From positions 1 through 64,000 of the IMG/VR virus record IMGVR_UViG_3300037308_000217: DNA of 64,000 bases. The stretch is one strand, 5' to 3'. Every line of letters starts with the position of its first letter. Positions within the stretch are counted from its first letter, which is position 1. Positions 8,079-16,911 of the stretch are shown piece by piece. Both the position numbers and the translations under genes were made by a program. Under the pieces are notes generated by a model. It searched no databases. It was not told the origin of the DNA and saw only the letters and a program-made list of their open reading frames with translations. The DNA comes from a virus.

Positions 8079-8401
8079 TTGCACGCCTCCAGCACTGTGA
8101 TAGTGGGCTTGCCCCTGATGCCCATCGCATAATCCTTGAGCAGCACGATCTCGCCGGCCACCGCCACCCGGTAGCTCCTCGCGCTGACCATGACCGTCTC
8201 CGCGAGCCGCTCGATGTCTGCCGGCGTGAAAGTCACACCGGGAAGCGCCAGCAGCGTGGGGGGCGCAGTAGCCCCAAACAGCTGCGCCGTGAGCGGCAGC
8301 AGTTGCACCAACAGCGAGTTGCCATCCTGCCACCGGCGCAACACGCGCGCCTGGTAGGAGCGGACTGGCTTGCAGAACAGCCTGGCGATCAGCTCTAGCA
8401 C
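8075..8401 (-). CDS. Hypothetical protein
   Basis: ORF whose stop overlaps the methyltransferase start. Confidence 0.55.
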   Translation of the reverse strand: MLELIARLFCKPVRSYQARVLRRWQDGNSLLVQLLPLTAQLFGATAPPTLLALPGVTFTPADIERLAETVMVSARSYRVAVAGEIVLLKDYAMGIRGKPTITVLEACK

Positions 8402-8739
8402 TTGCCCCCCTTGAGCGCCCCCAACAGAGCCTTGGCTATGGCAGCAAGGGTAATGCGAGAAGTATCGGTCGCCTGGCGCTCCAGCTCAGGCTGCATCGCC
8501 TCTACCACCCCCAGCACTCGGTATGCCGTCGCTTCCCGCGCCCTCTTCTCGCGGCGCGCATTGTCCTCAGCGTCCCACTTCGCATGGCGCTCAGCCATTT
8601 TCCGTTTATCGGTCGAGGGGGCGTGCTGCTTGCACCACCACTCGCCTTCCTCCAACAGACAGCCCTCTCGGCAGCACTGACGGTAGCGAGGCCACCCACC
8701 AGCATTCCACATCTGCTTACTGCACTGATTCTTGGCCAC
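8395..8739 (-). CDS. Cys-rich hypothetical protein
   Basis: ORF 8395..8751 (TTG start in the track). The GTG at 8739 follows GGAGGTCGAG. The product contains CCREGC...WWC. Confidence 0.55.
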   Translation of the reverse strand: MAKNQCSKQMWNAGGWPRYRQCCREGCLLEEGEWWCKQHAPSTDKRKMAERHAKWDAEDNARREKRAREATAYRVLGVVEAMQPELERQATDTSRITLAAIAKALLGALKGGKC

Positions 8740-8749
8740 CTCGACCTCC

Positions 8750-8789
8750 AAATAAAGGGGGAAGGGGGAAGGGGTGGCCCCCTCCCCCC
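8750..8789 (-). terminator. Putative intrinsic terminator or G/C-rich hairpin
   Basis: Minus strand reads GGGGGGAGGGGG-cca-CCCCTTCCCCC followed by TTTATTT, directly after the DUF932 stop. Confidence 0.45.
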
Positions 8790-8805
8790 TCTCGATCGCC
8801 GTCCA

Positions 8806-9882
8806 CTAGAACAGCGTGTCGAGCAGCTTACCGGCCTTGACCTCCAGCTCGACGCGGGCGTCGGTGAAGGTCTTTTCCTGGGCCGCACTCGTGAGGCCCT
8901 GGACCACGTTCCACATGGAACGCGGGTCACCGGGCTCCTGGGCCGCGCGAACCATCACGTCCTTGGCCAGGCCCTCGGCGAAGCCGCGCTGCTTGAGCCA
9001 CGCGATGGCCTCGGCCTCGGTGTCACCGACCTTGGCGCCCTGGGCGCGGTTGATCATCTCGACCGTCTGGGCCGTGCTGGCCTCCAGGTAGCCCTTGAGC
9101 GCGGGCGCGGCCTCGGCCATGAAGCGGTGCGGGCCGCCGCTGGTGTGCCGGATGCGCAGCTCCTTGACATCCTGCTGGCCCCAAATGATCCGGTTGTCGC
9201 AGACCGTCCGGTACAGGAAGGTGCAGAGCAGGAACGTCGCGGCGCCGACCTCGCTGTTGCTGATGTAGAAGCCCCGGAACAGGATCTCCCCGTTGTGCTC
9301 GATCGGGTGGGCATCGTCCACCAGGAACACGAACATATCGCGGTCGCTGGCATAGAGCGTGGTGGCCCGCTTAGGGTCCCGGGCCGCATAGCTCGACTTC
9401 GGCACCTTCCAGACCGACAGGTCGAGGTGCATACAGAGCGCGTCGATCACGTCCGCGTCCCAGATGCGGCCGTAGGTCGGGCTGGTCACCGCGCGGGCCG
9501 TCCAGAGCCCGCCGTTCTCGTCGCGCTCCAGCAGCAGCTTGGCGTCGGTCTTATCGACATTGGCCAGGCTGAAGGCCAGCGGGATCTGGGCGACCGCCGC
9601 GGGCAGCTTCCGGAGATAGCCAGCCGGCGCCCCGGCCATCGTGCAGACCTGGCCAAAGCTCCAGTTGGTCGTGATCGCCTCGCCCTTGTTGCCGTTGTTG
9701 CTCACGATCATCATGGCGCCATCCGGCTTGGCCGCGACCGTGATGTGCTCCAGGGCGACATCTTTCTGGGCGGACAGCACCTGGCGCTTGTGGACGTGCG
9801 CGGACAGCTCCTCCATCGTCAGGAACCGCTGGTCGTCGGGCCGGCTGGCCCACTGCCGCGAAACCGTCGTGTCGTTGCTCAT
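8806..9882 (-). CDS. DUF932-family protein (phage/plasmid-like)
   Basis: 358 aa. Recognised from recall of the family pattern: TTNWSFGQ, TLYASDRDMFVFL, FYISNSEVG, HTSGG. Confidence 0.65.
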   Translation of the reverse strand: MSNDTTVSRQWASRPDDQRFLTMEELSAHVHKRQVLSAQKDVALEHITVAAKPDGAMMIVSNNGNKGEAITTNWSFGQVCTMAGAPAGYLRKLPAAVAQIPLAFSLANVDKTDAKLLLERDENGGLWTARAVTSPTYGRIWDADVIDALCMHLDLSVWKVPKSSYAARDPKRATTLYASDRDMFVFLVDDAHPIEHNGEILFRGFYISNSEVGAATFLLCTFLYRTVCDNRIIWGQQDVKELRIRHTSGGPHRFMAEAAPALKGYLEASTAQTVEMINRAQGAKVGDTEAEAIAWLKQRGFAEGLAKDVMVRAAQEPGDPRSMWNVVQGLTSAAQEKTFTDARVELEVKAGKLLDTLF

Positions 9883-9945
9883 TGGAATCCCCTTTCCGGT
9901 GAGAACCGGGTTGTGCCAAGCCCGCCCCCGTGGCGGGCCTGAGAG

Positions 9946-10155
9946 CTACTTCCAAAACTCCACGGTGAAGCCGTACCCCGCCTTGCCGTCCTCGGGGAAC
10001 AGTTTGGCCATCTGGCGCCGGGCATCGTCCTCGTCCGTGGCGGCGATGTAGTGGCCCTGGCGAACCGCCGCGTCCCTGAACCCAAGGCAGCCCGGGTTGC
10101 TGTAGGGGTAGTCGCGCGTGCACCGGAACTCCCGCTTGCCGTTCGTCGTGTCCAT
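9946..10155 (-). CDS. Small hypothetical protein; first gene after promoter copy 3
   Basis: The ATG at 10155 follows AAAGGGGATCAC. Confidence 0.6.
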   Translation of the reverse strand: MDTTNGKREFRCTRDYPYSNPGCLGFRDAAVRQGHYIAATDEDDARRQMAKLFPEDGKAGYGFTVEFWK

Positions 10156-10201
10156 GTGATCCCCTTTCTGCTGGTCGCCCCTTCCGGAGCCTCACAAGAA
10201 C

Positions 10202-10230
10202 AACATACGGCATTTTGCCGTACAACGCAA
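10202..10230 (-). promoter_or_regulatory. Sigma70-type promoter with a spacer palindrome (copy 3)
   Basis: Minus strand reads TTGCGT-tgtACGGCAAAATGCCG-TATGTT. An A-rich stretch (AAAAAGTCAAAAAAGGG) lies upstream. Confidence 0.7.
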
Positions 10231-10247
10231 GTCCCTTTTTTGACTTT

Positions 10248-10676
10248 TTAGTGAGGGAGCGAGAACGGGTCTGCGAAGCCCAGCATCCCCGGTCGGCTGG
10301 CCCACGGGCGCACCTTGATGTAGGCGTTCTGCCGGATGGCGTCCTCCAGCGTCAACGTCTTGGACCCTCCTCCGGACGCACCGATGGCCAGCTCGGGGTC
10401 CAGCAGCAGCTCGACGTGGATGGCGGTGTCGGTCCCCCAGAACACCAGGCAGCCCCGGTCCGGAATGGAAGTACCTGGGAACCGTTGGCGCAGTGACTCA
10501 GCCGTCCAGTCCCCGTCCCGCGGCAGTAGCCCGACGCTCTTGAGTACCTCGACCACCAGGCCGCTGCAATCGAAGCCCGCCAGCGGGTCGTCGCCTCCCC
10601 ACAAATACGGTTTCCCCAGCCACCGCATCGCCAACTCGATCGCCAGCTCGCGCTTGTCCAGCATTTTGTGCTCCAT
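10248..10676 (-). CDS. NlpC/P60 family cell-wall peptidase (candidate lysin)
   Basis: GKPYLWGGDDPLAGFDCSGLV holds the catalytic Cys, and a downstream His sits in AIHVEL. The alternative ATG at 10664 has the better RBS. Confidence 0.8.
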   Translation of the reverse strand: MEHKMLDKRELAIELAMRWLGKPYLWGGDDPLAGFDCSGLVVEVLKSVGLLPRDGDWTAESLRQRFPGTSIPDRGCLVFWGTDTAIHVELLLDPELAIGASGGGSKTLTLEDAIRQNAYIKVRPWASRPGMLGFADPFSLPH

Positions 10677-10766
10677 CTGGTAGGTGGTTTTCCGGAATGG
10701 AAGTATCTAGGTTCTACCCGCAAAGCAACGCTGGCTACGGTGCTCGCTTGCTACAGCATTGGAAAC

Positions 10767-11771
10767 CTAGCCCACCAGCAGCGGCCACAGGCACAGTACC
10801 AGCGGCCCGGAATCGAGGCGCAATGGGCTCCCAGCCGGCCCCAGGCAAACCCCGACCCTGGGCGTCCGGATGGCCTTGATCAGGGAAGCCAGCACCTTTC
10901 CCGATACCCAGATGTCCATCGGAACCCCTGGGGGCTCGCAAGGCAGGTCGATCGACAGCGGGGGCGGTTCACCGGCCACGGCCAGGGTGAGCCCACTCGC
11001 GCCCGCGTGGACCCGCACCCCCTGCACCGAGCCCAGCTTCTTCACCTGCTGGACCGCCTGGGCCAGCCGCTCGGTATCGACCGACATGCTGACGTAGGGG
11101 TGGACTTCCGGAATGAGGTTGGTGTCCGGGAACTTCCCCGGCGGCAGCAGCGTTGCCCAGCGCTTTTCCTCGCCCACGCGGGCGTAGAAGCGGCCGCCGT
11201 CGATTGCCAGCGCCACGTCCCCGGTCGGCCACCGGCTGAAAATATCTTTCGGGATGATGTGCGTCCCCTCGAAACCCAGCGCCACGCGCGCCTGGGTGAA
11301 CACCGTGGTATCGGTCGCCTCGACCCGGTCCGGGGCGACCCGCACCCCCGCCAGCGACCCCATCCAAGACGGCCCACAGAAGCCCGCGATGGCCAGCACC
11401 GCCGGCCAGTCCGGGCAGTACCGCCACCCGGTCCGCGGCGGTTCCGGAAATAGCGGGGAGTCCGAACCAGGCTTGGACGTGATTTCCTTGGTGGCCAGGC
11501 CGGCCGTCACCCGCAGAAACCCGTAGCCGCTGCCCTCCTCGATCTCGACCGCGGCCGACGCCGGGGCTGGCAGCAGGAGCTTGCTCAGCGCATCAACGGG
11601 CAACGCCCGGTACGGCAGCACCTCGTCCACCCCGATCGACATCCCCAGCTGGCTGTTCTGGAAGCCTACCCGGGGTCTTTCATCGGTCGCTACCGAGGCC
11701 GGCACCATCACGATCTGGTCATCGTTCCCGGCCATCCACAGCAGCCGGCGCAGCGCCTTTTCGAGCTTCAT
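10767..11771 (-). CDS. DNA polymerase III beta sliding-clamp-like protein
   Basis: 334 aa after trimming to the ATG at 11771 (ATGA coupling). GKFPDTNLIPEV resembles the DnaN G-x-FPDY-xx-VIP motif. It sits in the replication module. Confidence 0.45.
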   Translation of the reverse strand: MKLEKALRRLLWMAGNDDQIVMVPASVATDERPRVGFQNSQLGMSIGVDEVLPYRALPVDALSKLLLPAPASAAVEIEEGSGYGFLRVTAGLATKEITSKPGSDSPLFPEPPRTGWRYCPDWPAVLAIAGFCGPSWMGSLAGVRVAPDRVEATDTTVFTQARVALGFEGTHIIPKDIFSRWPTGDVALAIDGGRFYARVGEEKRWATLLPPGKFPDTNLIPEVHPYVSMSVDTERLAQAVQQVKKLGSVQGVRVHAGASGLTLAVAGEPPPLSIDLPCEPPGVPMDIWVSGKVLASLIKAIRTPRVGVCLGPAGSPLRLDSGPLVLCLWPLLVG

Positions 11772-12058
11772 TGAATCCCTCTCGGGGGTGGCATGGTGCA
11801 CGCCACGATCACATTGTCGGCCGGCTCCTGAGCCCTGGCCATGGCAACTTCCCGCTGGACCATCGCCTCGACCAGCGACTCCGACGCCTGCCGGCAACCG
11901 TCCGCATTGTCAATCCAGCAGCCGACCGCCCTCCACGCAATCGCCAACGCAACGGGCTCAGGGTACTCGGCCAGCATGTGGCCGACCTTGGCCGACAACT
12001 CTCGGGCCAGGTCGCTCATTCCATCCAGCACCGGTCCATCAATCCACATGGTTTTCAC
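11768..12058 (-). CDS. Hypothetical protein
   Basis: ORF whose stop overlaps the clamp start. Confidence 0.55.
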   Translation of the reverse strand: MKTMWIDGPVLDGMSDLARELSAKVGHMLAEYPEPVALAIAWRAVGCWIDNADGCRQASESLVEAMVQREVAMARAQEPADNVIVACTMPPPRGIQ

Positions 12059-12689
12059 GGCACCACTCCCGCGCCCGGATAGTCAGGCCGAACAGCCAGC
12101 TACGATCCGGGCCAACACCTTTGGCAAGTCGAACCTCCAGATGAGACAGGAGCGTATCATCTGGCAGCCCACGGCGTAAGAACCGAACCATCGCCAGCTG
12201 TTGGCGCAGATCGGATGGGAGTAGCAAACGAGCGCACAGGCGCCGGTAGGCCCAGTAGCACCGCCGGCAAAACCCCAGCGCAAATGGTGGCTGGTCCGCG
12301 GCCGCGCACCAGCAACAGGAATACCGGTGATGCCGCACCGACCAGTAATCGTGTCGCAACCACCGGCATAGATCCTCGACCTGCTCCTCGGTGATGATGT
12401 ACGGCCCCGTGGCACTGAGCCGGTGCCACTTCTGCCCCAGCGCCTCCTGGGCGCGCTTGAGCTGCTCGACGCTGTACCCGGTCCGGGTCGCCACTCCCGC
12501 CCGCGTGTACGCCCCCCGGGTGAAGCTGCTGCTGCCAACTTCTCGCCTCAGCTTGGCCCGCAACGCAGCCATGGTCCGACCGGGGAACCGTTGTCGAAAC
12601 CAGATCCACCCGTAAGCCCCAACCCCGGTGAGCAGGTCGAGCCGCTCGCGCTTGCCCCACGGCCTAACCCGCTTTCGGCGCCTTCGCAT
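12039..12689 (-). CDS. Hypothetical protein with a Myb/SANT-like N-terminal motif and a Cys/Trp-rich centre
   Basis: WGKRERLDLLTGVGAYGWIWFRQRFPGRTMAALRAKLRR has W..E..L...W....PGRT spacing. A CCWC...CRRC cluster follows. Confidence 0.5.
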   Translation of the reverse strand: MRRRRKRVRPWGKRERLDLLTGVGAYGWIWFRQRFPGRTMAALRAKLRREVGSSSFTRGAYTRAGVATRTGYSVEQLKRAQEALGQKWHRLSATGPYIITEEQVEDLCRWLRHDYWSVRHHRYSCCWCAAADQPPFALGFCRRCYWAYRRLCARLLLPSDLRQQLAMVRFLRRGLPDDTLLSHLEVRLAKGVGPDRSWLFGLTIRAREWCRENHVD

Positions 12690-13413
12690 CGCTGTCCCCG
12701 GTCACGTCCTTGGCAGCCTCCAGCGCCTGCTGCTGCCGGTGTTGGCGCTTCTCAAGTAGGAACAGCGCAGCCTCCCTGGCTTCATCATCGGACACGTCCA
12801 GCATCGCTGCGGTCGGCGCCAACCCGATGCTCGGCGGCGTGATCGCCTGGCTCTCGGCAATCTTCATCCGGAGCCCGTCGATCTCGGACGACAGCATCCG
12901 GATGGCATTGGCGACGCCTTCCCAGCTCCCGGCGGGGACCAGGTTGTTGATCAGCTTGTTGATGCCGTTCTCCCAGACGATTTCCAGCTTCCGGAGTTGG
13001 TGCATACGGCCCTGGGTCAGCTCCTCGGCGACTCTCCGGATGACCAGCTCGTCGGCCATCCGCCAGTATTCCGCTCGGCGCTCAGTCCAATGGTCCTCGG
13101 TAGACCATGCCCGCAAACTGTGCCCGGACACGTTGACGAACAGCGGGAACTTTCGCAGCTCGGCCAGCGAGCATCCGTTGGGGTCGGTGGCGTAGTAGAG
13201 CGCGGCCAAGTGGCGCACCAGGTACTCGGGCGGATGCGCCCCCGGCTTGGCCACCTGCTTGACCGCCTTGCCGAACACCCGCTGGAAGGGCTTGGCGTAG
13301 ATCGCGGCCGCGTCCTCGACAATCGCCTGCTGGGCACCGGCGATTTCCTTGTCCATCTTGGTCAATTCCGGACTGGGGTGCATCCGGGCCGGGGTGCGCT
13401 TCTTAGCCACCAT
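12664..13413 (-). CDS. Hypothetical protein
   Basis: ORF 12664..13455 trimmed to the ATG at 13413, after GAGGCGAGCGC. Confidence 0.6.
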   Translation of the reverse strand: MVAKKRTPARMHPSPELTKMDKEIAGAQQAIVEDAAAIYAKPFQRVFGKAVKQVAKPGAHPPEYLVRHLAALYYATDPNGCSLAELRKFPLFVNVSGHSLRAWSTEDHWTERRAEYWRMADELVIRRVAEELTQGRMHQLRKLEIVWENGINKLINNLVPAGSWEGVANAIRMLSSEIDGLRMKIAESQAITPPSIGLAPTAAMLDVSDDEAREAALFLLEKRQHRQQQALEAAKDVTGDSDAKAPKAG

Positions 13414-13744
13414 GCGCTCGCCTCTGGTGGATGCCCTCCAGCCGGATAGCGGCATCCATCCGCAACTTGTCCACGATCACGCCGATGACCTGCTGGATTT
13501 TATCGTCCGGGATGCCCTCCAGCTCGGGGCACCGCTCGACGTGAACCTTGGGCAGCATCCCGCCCTTGATGTGGGACGATGCCCCGATCTTGCTCGCAAC
13601 GCTGCCAGCGATGCCGGCGATGCCCCCCAGCGACCAGGTCACGCCCACCTTGTCCATGGGAATCCGGAGGAGCCCCGCCGTTTTCAGCCGCATCAACTCG
13701 CTCAGCTCCAGCAGCACCGATTGCTCGGTCAACAGGATCATCAT
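13403..13744 (-). CDS. Hypothetical protein
   Basis: The ATG-ATG at 13744 follows GGAGTGACC. It is the C-terminal part of ORF 13403..13891. Confidence 0.55.
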   Translation of the reverse strand: MMILLTEQSVLLELSELMRLKTAGLLRIPMDKVGVTWSLGGIAGIAGSVASKIGASSHIKGGMLPKVHVERCPELEGIPDDKIQQVIGVIVDKLRMDAAIRLEGIHQRRAHGG

Positions 13745-13746
13745 GG

Positions 13747-14310
13747 TCACTCCAACGTCCCGGTGATGGTCGCCACCCGGACAGCCTCCTGCATGGTCAG
13801 GTAGGCGTAGGCCGCCGCGTCCGCCAAGTGCTCTTGCTTGGTCGCTGGCGTCGCCTTGATCACTTCGTCGAACCGGTCGAGCGTCTCGCACATCATATCC
13901 TCAACCATCTTCTTGCTGGCATCCTTGGGCAGGCCCAGCGCTCTCCGGATGTCGAGCGGCATGTAGGGCTGCACGATCGCCTTGCGCGACATCACCGCGC
14001 AGCAGGCCAGCGCAAAGCCCATGCTCGCCTTCCAGGCGCTGCCGCCCTGGCGCTTGTAGGGGGTGTAGACCTCGATCCCGACCAGGCCGGGCTTCCAGGC
14101 GTCCAGGAACTTGGTCACCTCGTCCCACAGCTTCAGGAGCCGGCGCTGGTCATCTGCGCTCACCCGCAGGCCCCGCAGCTCTTTTTTGGTCCCGCGGTCG
14201 GTGCCGACCAAGGTGGCGCCCAACAGGTACAAGCTGCCGCCGGGGTTGCGGGCAATCGCCACCATGCCCATCGTCGCAAAGCCAGGGTCGATCCCAGCAG
14301 TCGTGATCAT
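13747..14310 (-). CDS. ruvC: RuvC-like Holliday junction resolvase
   Basis: AGIDPGFATMG (first catalytic Asp), VGIEV, and QEHLADAAAYAY (C-terminal acidic motif). Confidence 0.8.
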   Translation of the reverse strand: MITTAGIDPGFATMGMVAIARNPGGSLYLLGATLVGTDRGTKKELRGLRVSADDQRRLLKLWDEVTKFLDAWKPGLVGIEVYTPYKRQGGSAWKASMGFALACCAVMSRKAIVQPYMPLDIRRALGLPKDASKKMVEDMMCETLDRFDEVIKATPATKQEHLADAAAYAYLTMQEAVRVATITGTLE

Positions 14311-14801
14311 TTCTGGACTCCGTCCGGAGAATTGGCGTCAAGGCGCACCTCCAGCGGGGCAGGCGTGGGCTCGGCCCCTGACACCACCGAGATCGGCGCA
14401 CAGGGAATACTGGGATGCTCCGGGGGAGCTGGGGGCTTGGGGTGCGTCATCTCGTCGATCTCCCGCAGCAGCCGGGTCGCTTCCGCGGTGGACAGCTTCT
14501 CGACCCGAACGAACTCGACGTTGTGCGTGATGATCATCACCGGGCGCTTGAACGCCTCCATCGCCTGGTCGCGGACCATCTTGGCCGACGCCGTGGTCAA
14601 CGTCTCCGGAACCGACACGATCAGGTAGTCCCCGATCTCGCCCTCGACGAAGGTGTCAGGTCGAGCCTCCAGAGTCTTTTTCTCCTGGTCCCGGAACAAC
14701 GGCGTGAACCGGTACACGCCTCCCGCGGCTGCGCGGCGCTCGCTGCGGTTTCGCTGGCGACCCGGTGCCCTGGGGGCCACTCGACGCTTGCGGTACGGCA
14801 T
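14307..14801 (-). CDS. Hypothetical protein
   Basis: The ATG at 14801 follows GGGGAGGTTCCAA. It overlaps the 3' end of the SbcC-like ORF by 146 nt. Confidence 0.6.
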   Translation of the reverse strand: MPYRKRRVAPRAPGRQRNRSERRAAAGGVYRFTPLFRDQEKKTLEARPDTFVEGEIGDYLIVSVPETLTTASAKMVRDQAMEAFKRPVMIITHNVEFVRVEKLSTAEATRLLREIDEMTHPKPPAPPEHPSIPCAPISVVSGAEPTPAPLEVRLDANSPDGVQK

Positions 14802-16911
14802 TTGGAACCTCCCCGGCCTTCACCAATATCGGGGAAGGCGGATTTTCGGCGGTCAGCCACTGGCTGCGCCCGCCTTGTTTGACCACCCGGACGCGCTTGT
14901 CGAACTGGTCAGCAAAGTCCGGGTCATGCTCCACAACGAAGATGTCCGGCTTGCTCTCCCGGAGCTGCCGGAGCATCCCCACCACCGCCTCTTTTCCGGA
15001 ACGGTCCAGATGCCGGAACAGCTCGTCCAGGATAAGCACATCCCAGCGCCTGGTCGCCCGCTTGGCCACCATCTCGGCCAGGCCAAAGTCGATCCCCAGG
15101 CTGACCCGCTGCCGCTCGCCCCCGGACCAGCTCCGGTAAGCGCGCTCTATCATCTTGCCGTCCTCATACCGGAACACGCGGATGTCCACCGCATTCTTGA
15201 CCGACTTGCTGGACCTGAGCGCGACCTGGGTGACGAACTGGACCATCATGCTGCCGCCGGTCAGCATCCCCACCCAGCGGTTGGCCGCGTCGGTGAGCTG
15301 CTGGAGCTGCATGTCCAGGATGTAGCTCTTGAGCCCCTTGGGGCCGAGCGCCTCGACCAGGTAATTCATGTAGCGGGAGTCCAGCACGCGCTGATCCCAG
15401 GCGGCTGCGGCCGCATCCACCTCCGATTGGAGCGCTACCAGGCGCGCTATCTCCTGCGCCAGCTGGCCCGCGTAAGGGTTGGGGGGCAACGCCCCGCCCT
15501 CCAGCGCCGACAGCTCCCGGTTGGCCTGGGTCAGGTAGGAGTGCGCCATCTCCTGCGCCCGCAGGTTCTGCGCGCACTGGGCCACGGCCTGCGCTCGGGC
15601 CAGAGCACTATCGGATGCCACCTTGGCAGCCGCCTCCTCCCACCCGCGCAGCCCACTGGCCAGCGCTTCCCGGTCGCCCTCCCAGGCTTTCAGCAGCTTG
15701 TCGTAGGCCCGGCCGCTCTCGGCCATCCGCATCTGGGCATGGGACAGCTGGGTTTGCAGCGCGGTCATCTCCGCGTCCTGCGATTGGTAGACACTCTCCA
15801 ACGCCGGCAGCTCGGCCTCCAGCCGCGCAATCTCCCGGGCCAGGTGATCTCCGGAAAGGGGCCGGCCGCACGTCGGGCAAACCGCCCCGACCTGGCCCTT
15901 CAGCGACCGCAGCTGCCCCCGCGCCATCTCGACCTGGCTCTGGATCGCTCCAGCTTTCTTGGTCGCCACGGCGACATCGCCGCTGAGCTTCCGGATTTCG
16001 TTGGACAACTCGGTCTGGTCCGGCGGGACCGGGCGCTTGCTGGCGTGCGCCTCGACAGCTTGGCGGCACTTCTCCAGGTCCGGGCTCGGGGGCTGGACCG
16101 GGAGCGGCGCCTTGAGCTGCGCGAGCTGGGCCTGCAAATCCGGAATGGGGGCCGCGTGGAGCTGCTTGGCCAGACCCGCGATGTACTCAGTCAGCTCGGT
16201 TATCCGCTTGGCGATGCGCGCTCGCTCCTCCGCTTCCCAGCCCGCAGCAGCCGTCTCCAGGGTGACCTTGTTCCTGGTGGCCTCCTCCAGCCGGCCCGCC
16301 AGCACCTCCTGGTCATGCCCGGCCGCAGCGGCCGCGGTCTGCGCCGCAGTCGCCTTGAGCTTGGCCACTTCCAGCATCCGGTCGATCTCGTCCAGCTGGA
16401 GAATGCGGGTCAGGATGTCGAGCCGGTCGGCCTGGGTGGCGTCCGCGAAGTTGAACCGGTCGGTCTGCCCGCGCAGCACCGCCGCATGGAACACTTGGCG
16501 GTCGAGCCCCAGCAGCTGCTCCAGGCGCCGCTGCGTCTCGGCCACGTCCAGCGTCTCGATCTCCTCGTCATAGTCCGGTCCGGACATGTGGACCTTGAGC
16601 GACGTTTCGCCCTTCCCGCGCACCCGCTCGACCCCGATGCCGTGCCCATCTTCGTCAAGCCACACTTCCACCCGGGTCTGCCGGGCATCCTTGTTGATCA
16701 CCGAATCGACGTGGTCGCCGCGGGGCACCTTCCCGAACAGGCACCAGTCGATCGCATCGAACAGGGTAGACTTTCCGGACCCGTTGCTGTTCGCACCCGG
16801 GTCATCCTGGTTGACGCCCTCGACCAGGACCATCCCCTGCCCGGACATCGGCACCGTATGCTTGCCCGCCCAGCTGCCGAAATTCTCGATCTCGACAGTG
16901 ATGATCTTCAT
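14656..16911 (-). CDS. sbcC: SbcC/Rad50-like ATPase (T4 gp46 analogue)
   Basis: Walker A GANSNGSGKST, a long coiled coil with a CPTCGRPL zinc hook, signature WSGGERQRVSL, and Walker B VLILDE. Confidence 0.9.
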   Translation of the reverse strand: MKIITVEIENFGSWAGKHTVPMSGQGMVLVEGVNQDDPGANSNGSGKSTLFDAIDWCLFGKVPRGDHVDSVINKDARQTRVEVWLDEDGHGIGVERVRGKGETSLKVHMSGPDYDEEIETLDVAETQRRLEQLLGLDRQVFHAAVLRGQTDRFNFADATQADRLDILTRILQLDEIDRMLEVAKLKATAAQTAAAAAGHDQEVLAGRLEEATRNKVTLETAAAGWEAEERARIAKRITELTEYIAGLAKQLHAAPIPDLQAQLAQLKAPLPVQPPSPDLEKCRQAVEAHASKRPVPPDQTELSNEIRKLSGDVAVATKKAGAIQSQVEMARGQLRSLKGQVGAVCPTCGRPLSGDHLAREIARLEAELPALESVYQSQDAEMTALQTQLSHAQMRMAESGRAYDKLLKAWEGDREALASGLRGWEEAAAKVASDSALARAQAVAQCAQNLRAQEMAHSYLTQANRELSALEGGALPPNPYAGQLAQEIARLVALQSEVDAAAAAWDQRVLDSRYMNYLVEALGPKGLKSYILDMQLQQLTDAANRWVGMLTGGSMMVQFVTQVALRSSKSVKNAVDIRVFRYEDGKMIERAYRSWSGGERQRVSLGIDFGLAEMVAKRATRRWDVLILDELFRHLDRSGKEAVVGMLRQLRESKPDIFVVEHDPDFADQFDKRVRVVKQGGRSQWLTAENPPSPILVKAGEVPNAVPQASSGPQGTGSPAKPQRAPRSRGRRVPVHAVVPGPGEKDSGGST

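Noticed and set aside
8757-8774. The G-run GGGGGAAGGGGGAAGGGGTGG as a G-quadruplex element.
   Set aside because: It pairs with the adjacent C-run to form a hairpin followed by a T-rich tract on the transcribed strand. A terminator-like hairpin is the simpler reading, and only three long G-runs are present.
10677-10766. A 90-nt intergenic region between the clamp-like and NlpC/P60 genes with a CTAGGTT...AACCTAG inverted repeat, as a possible small RNA or terminator.
   Set aside because: Only a 7-bp outer stem and imperfect inner pairing could be traced by eye, with no T-run. This is insufficient without folding software.
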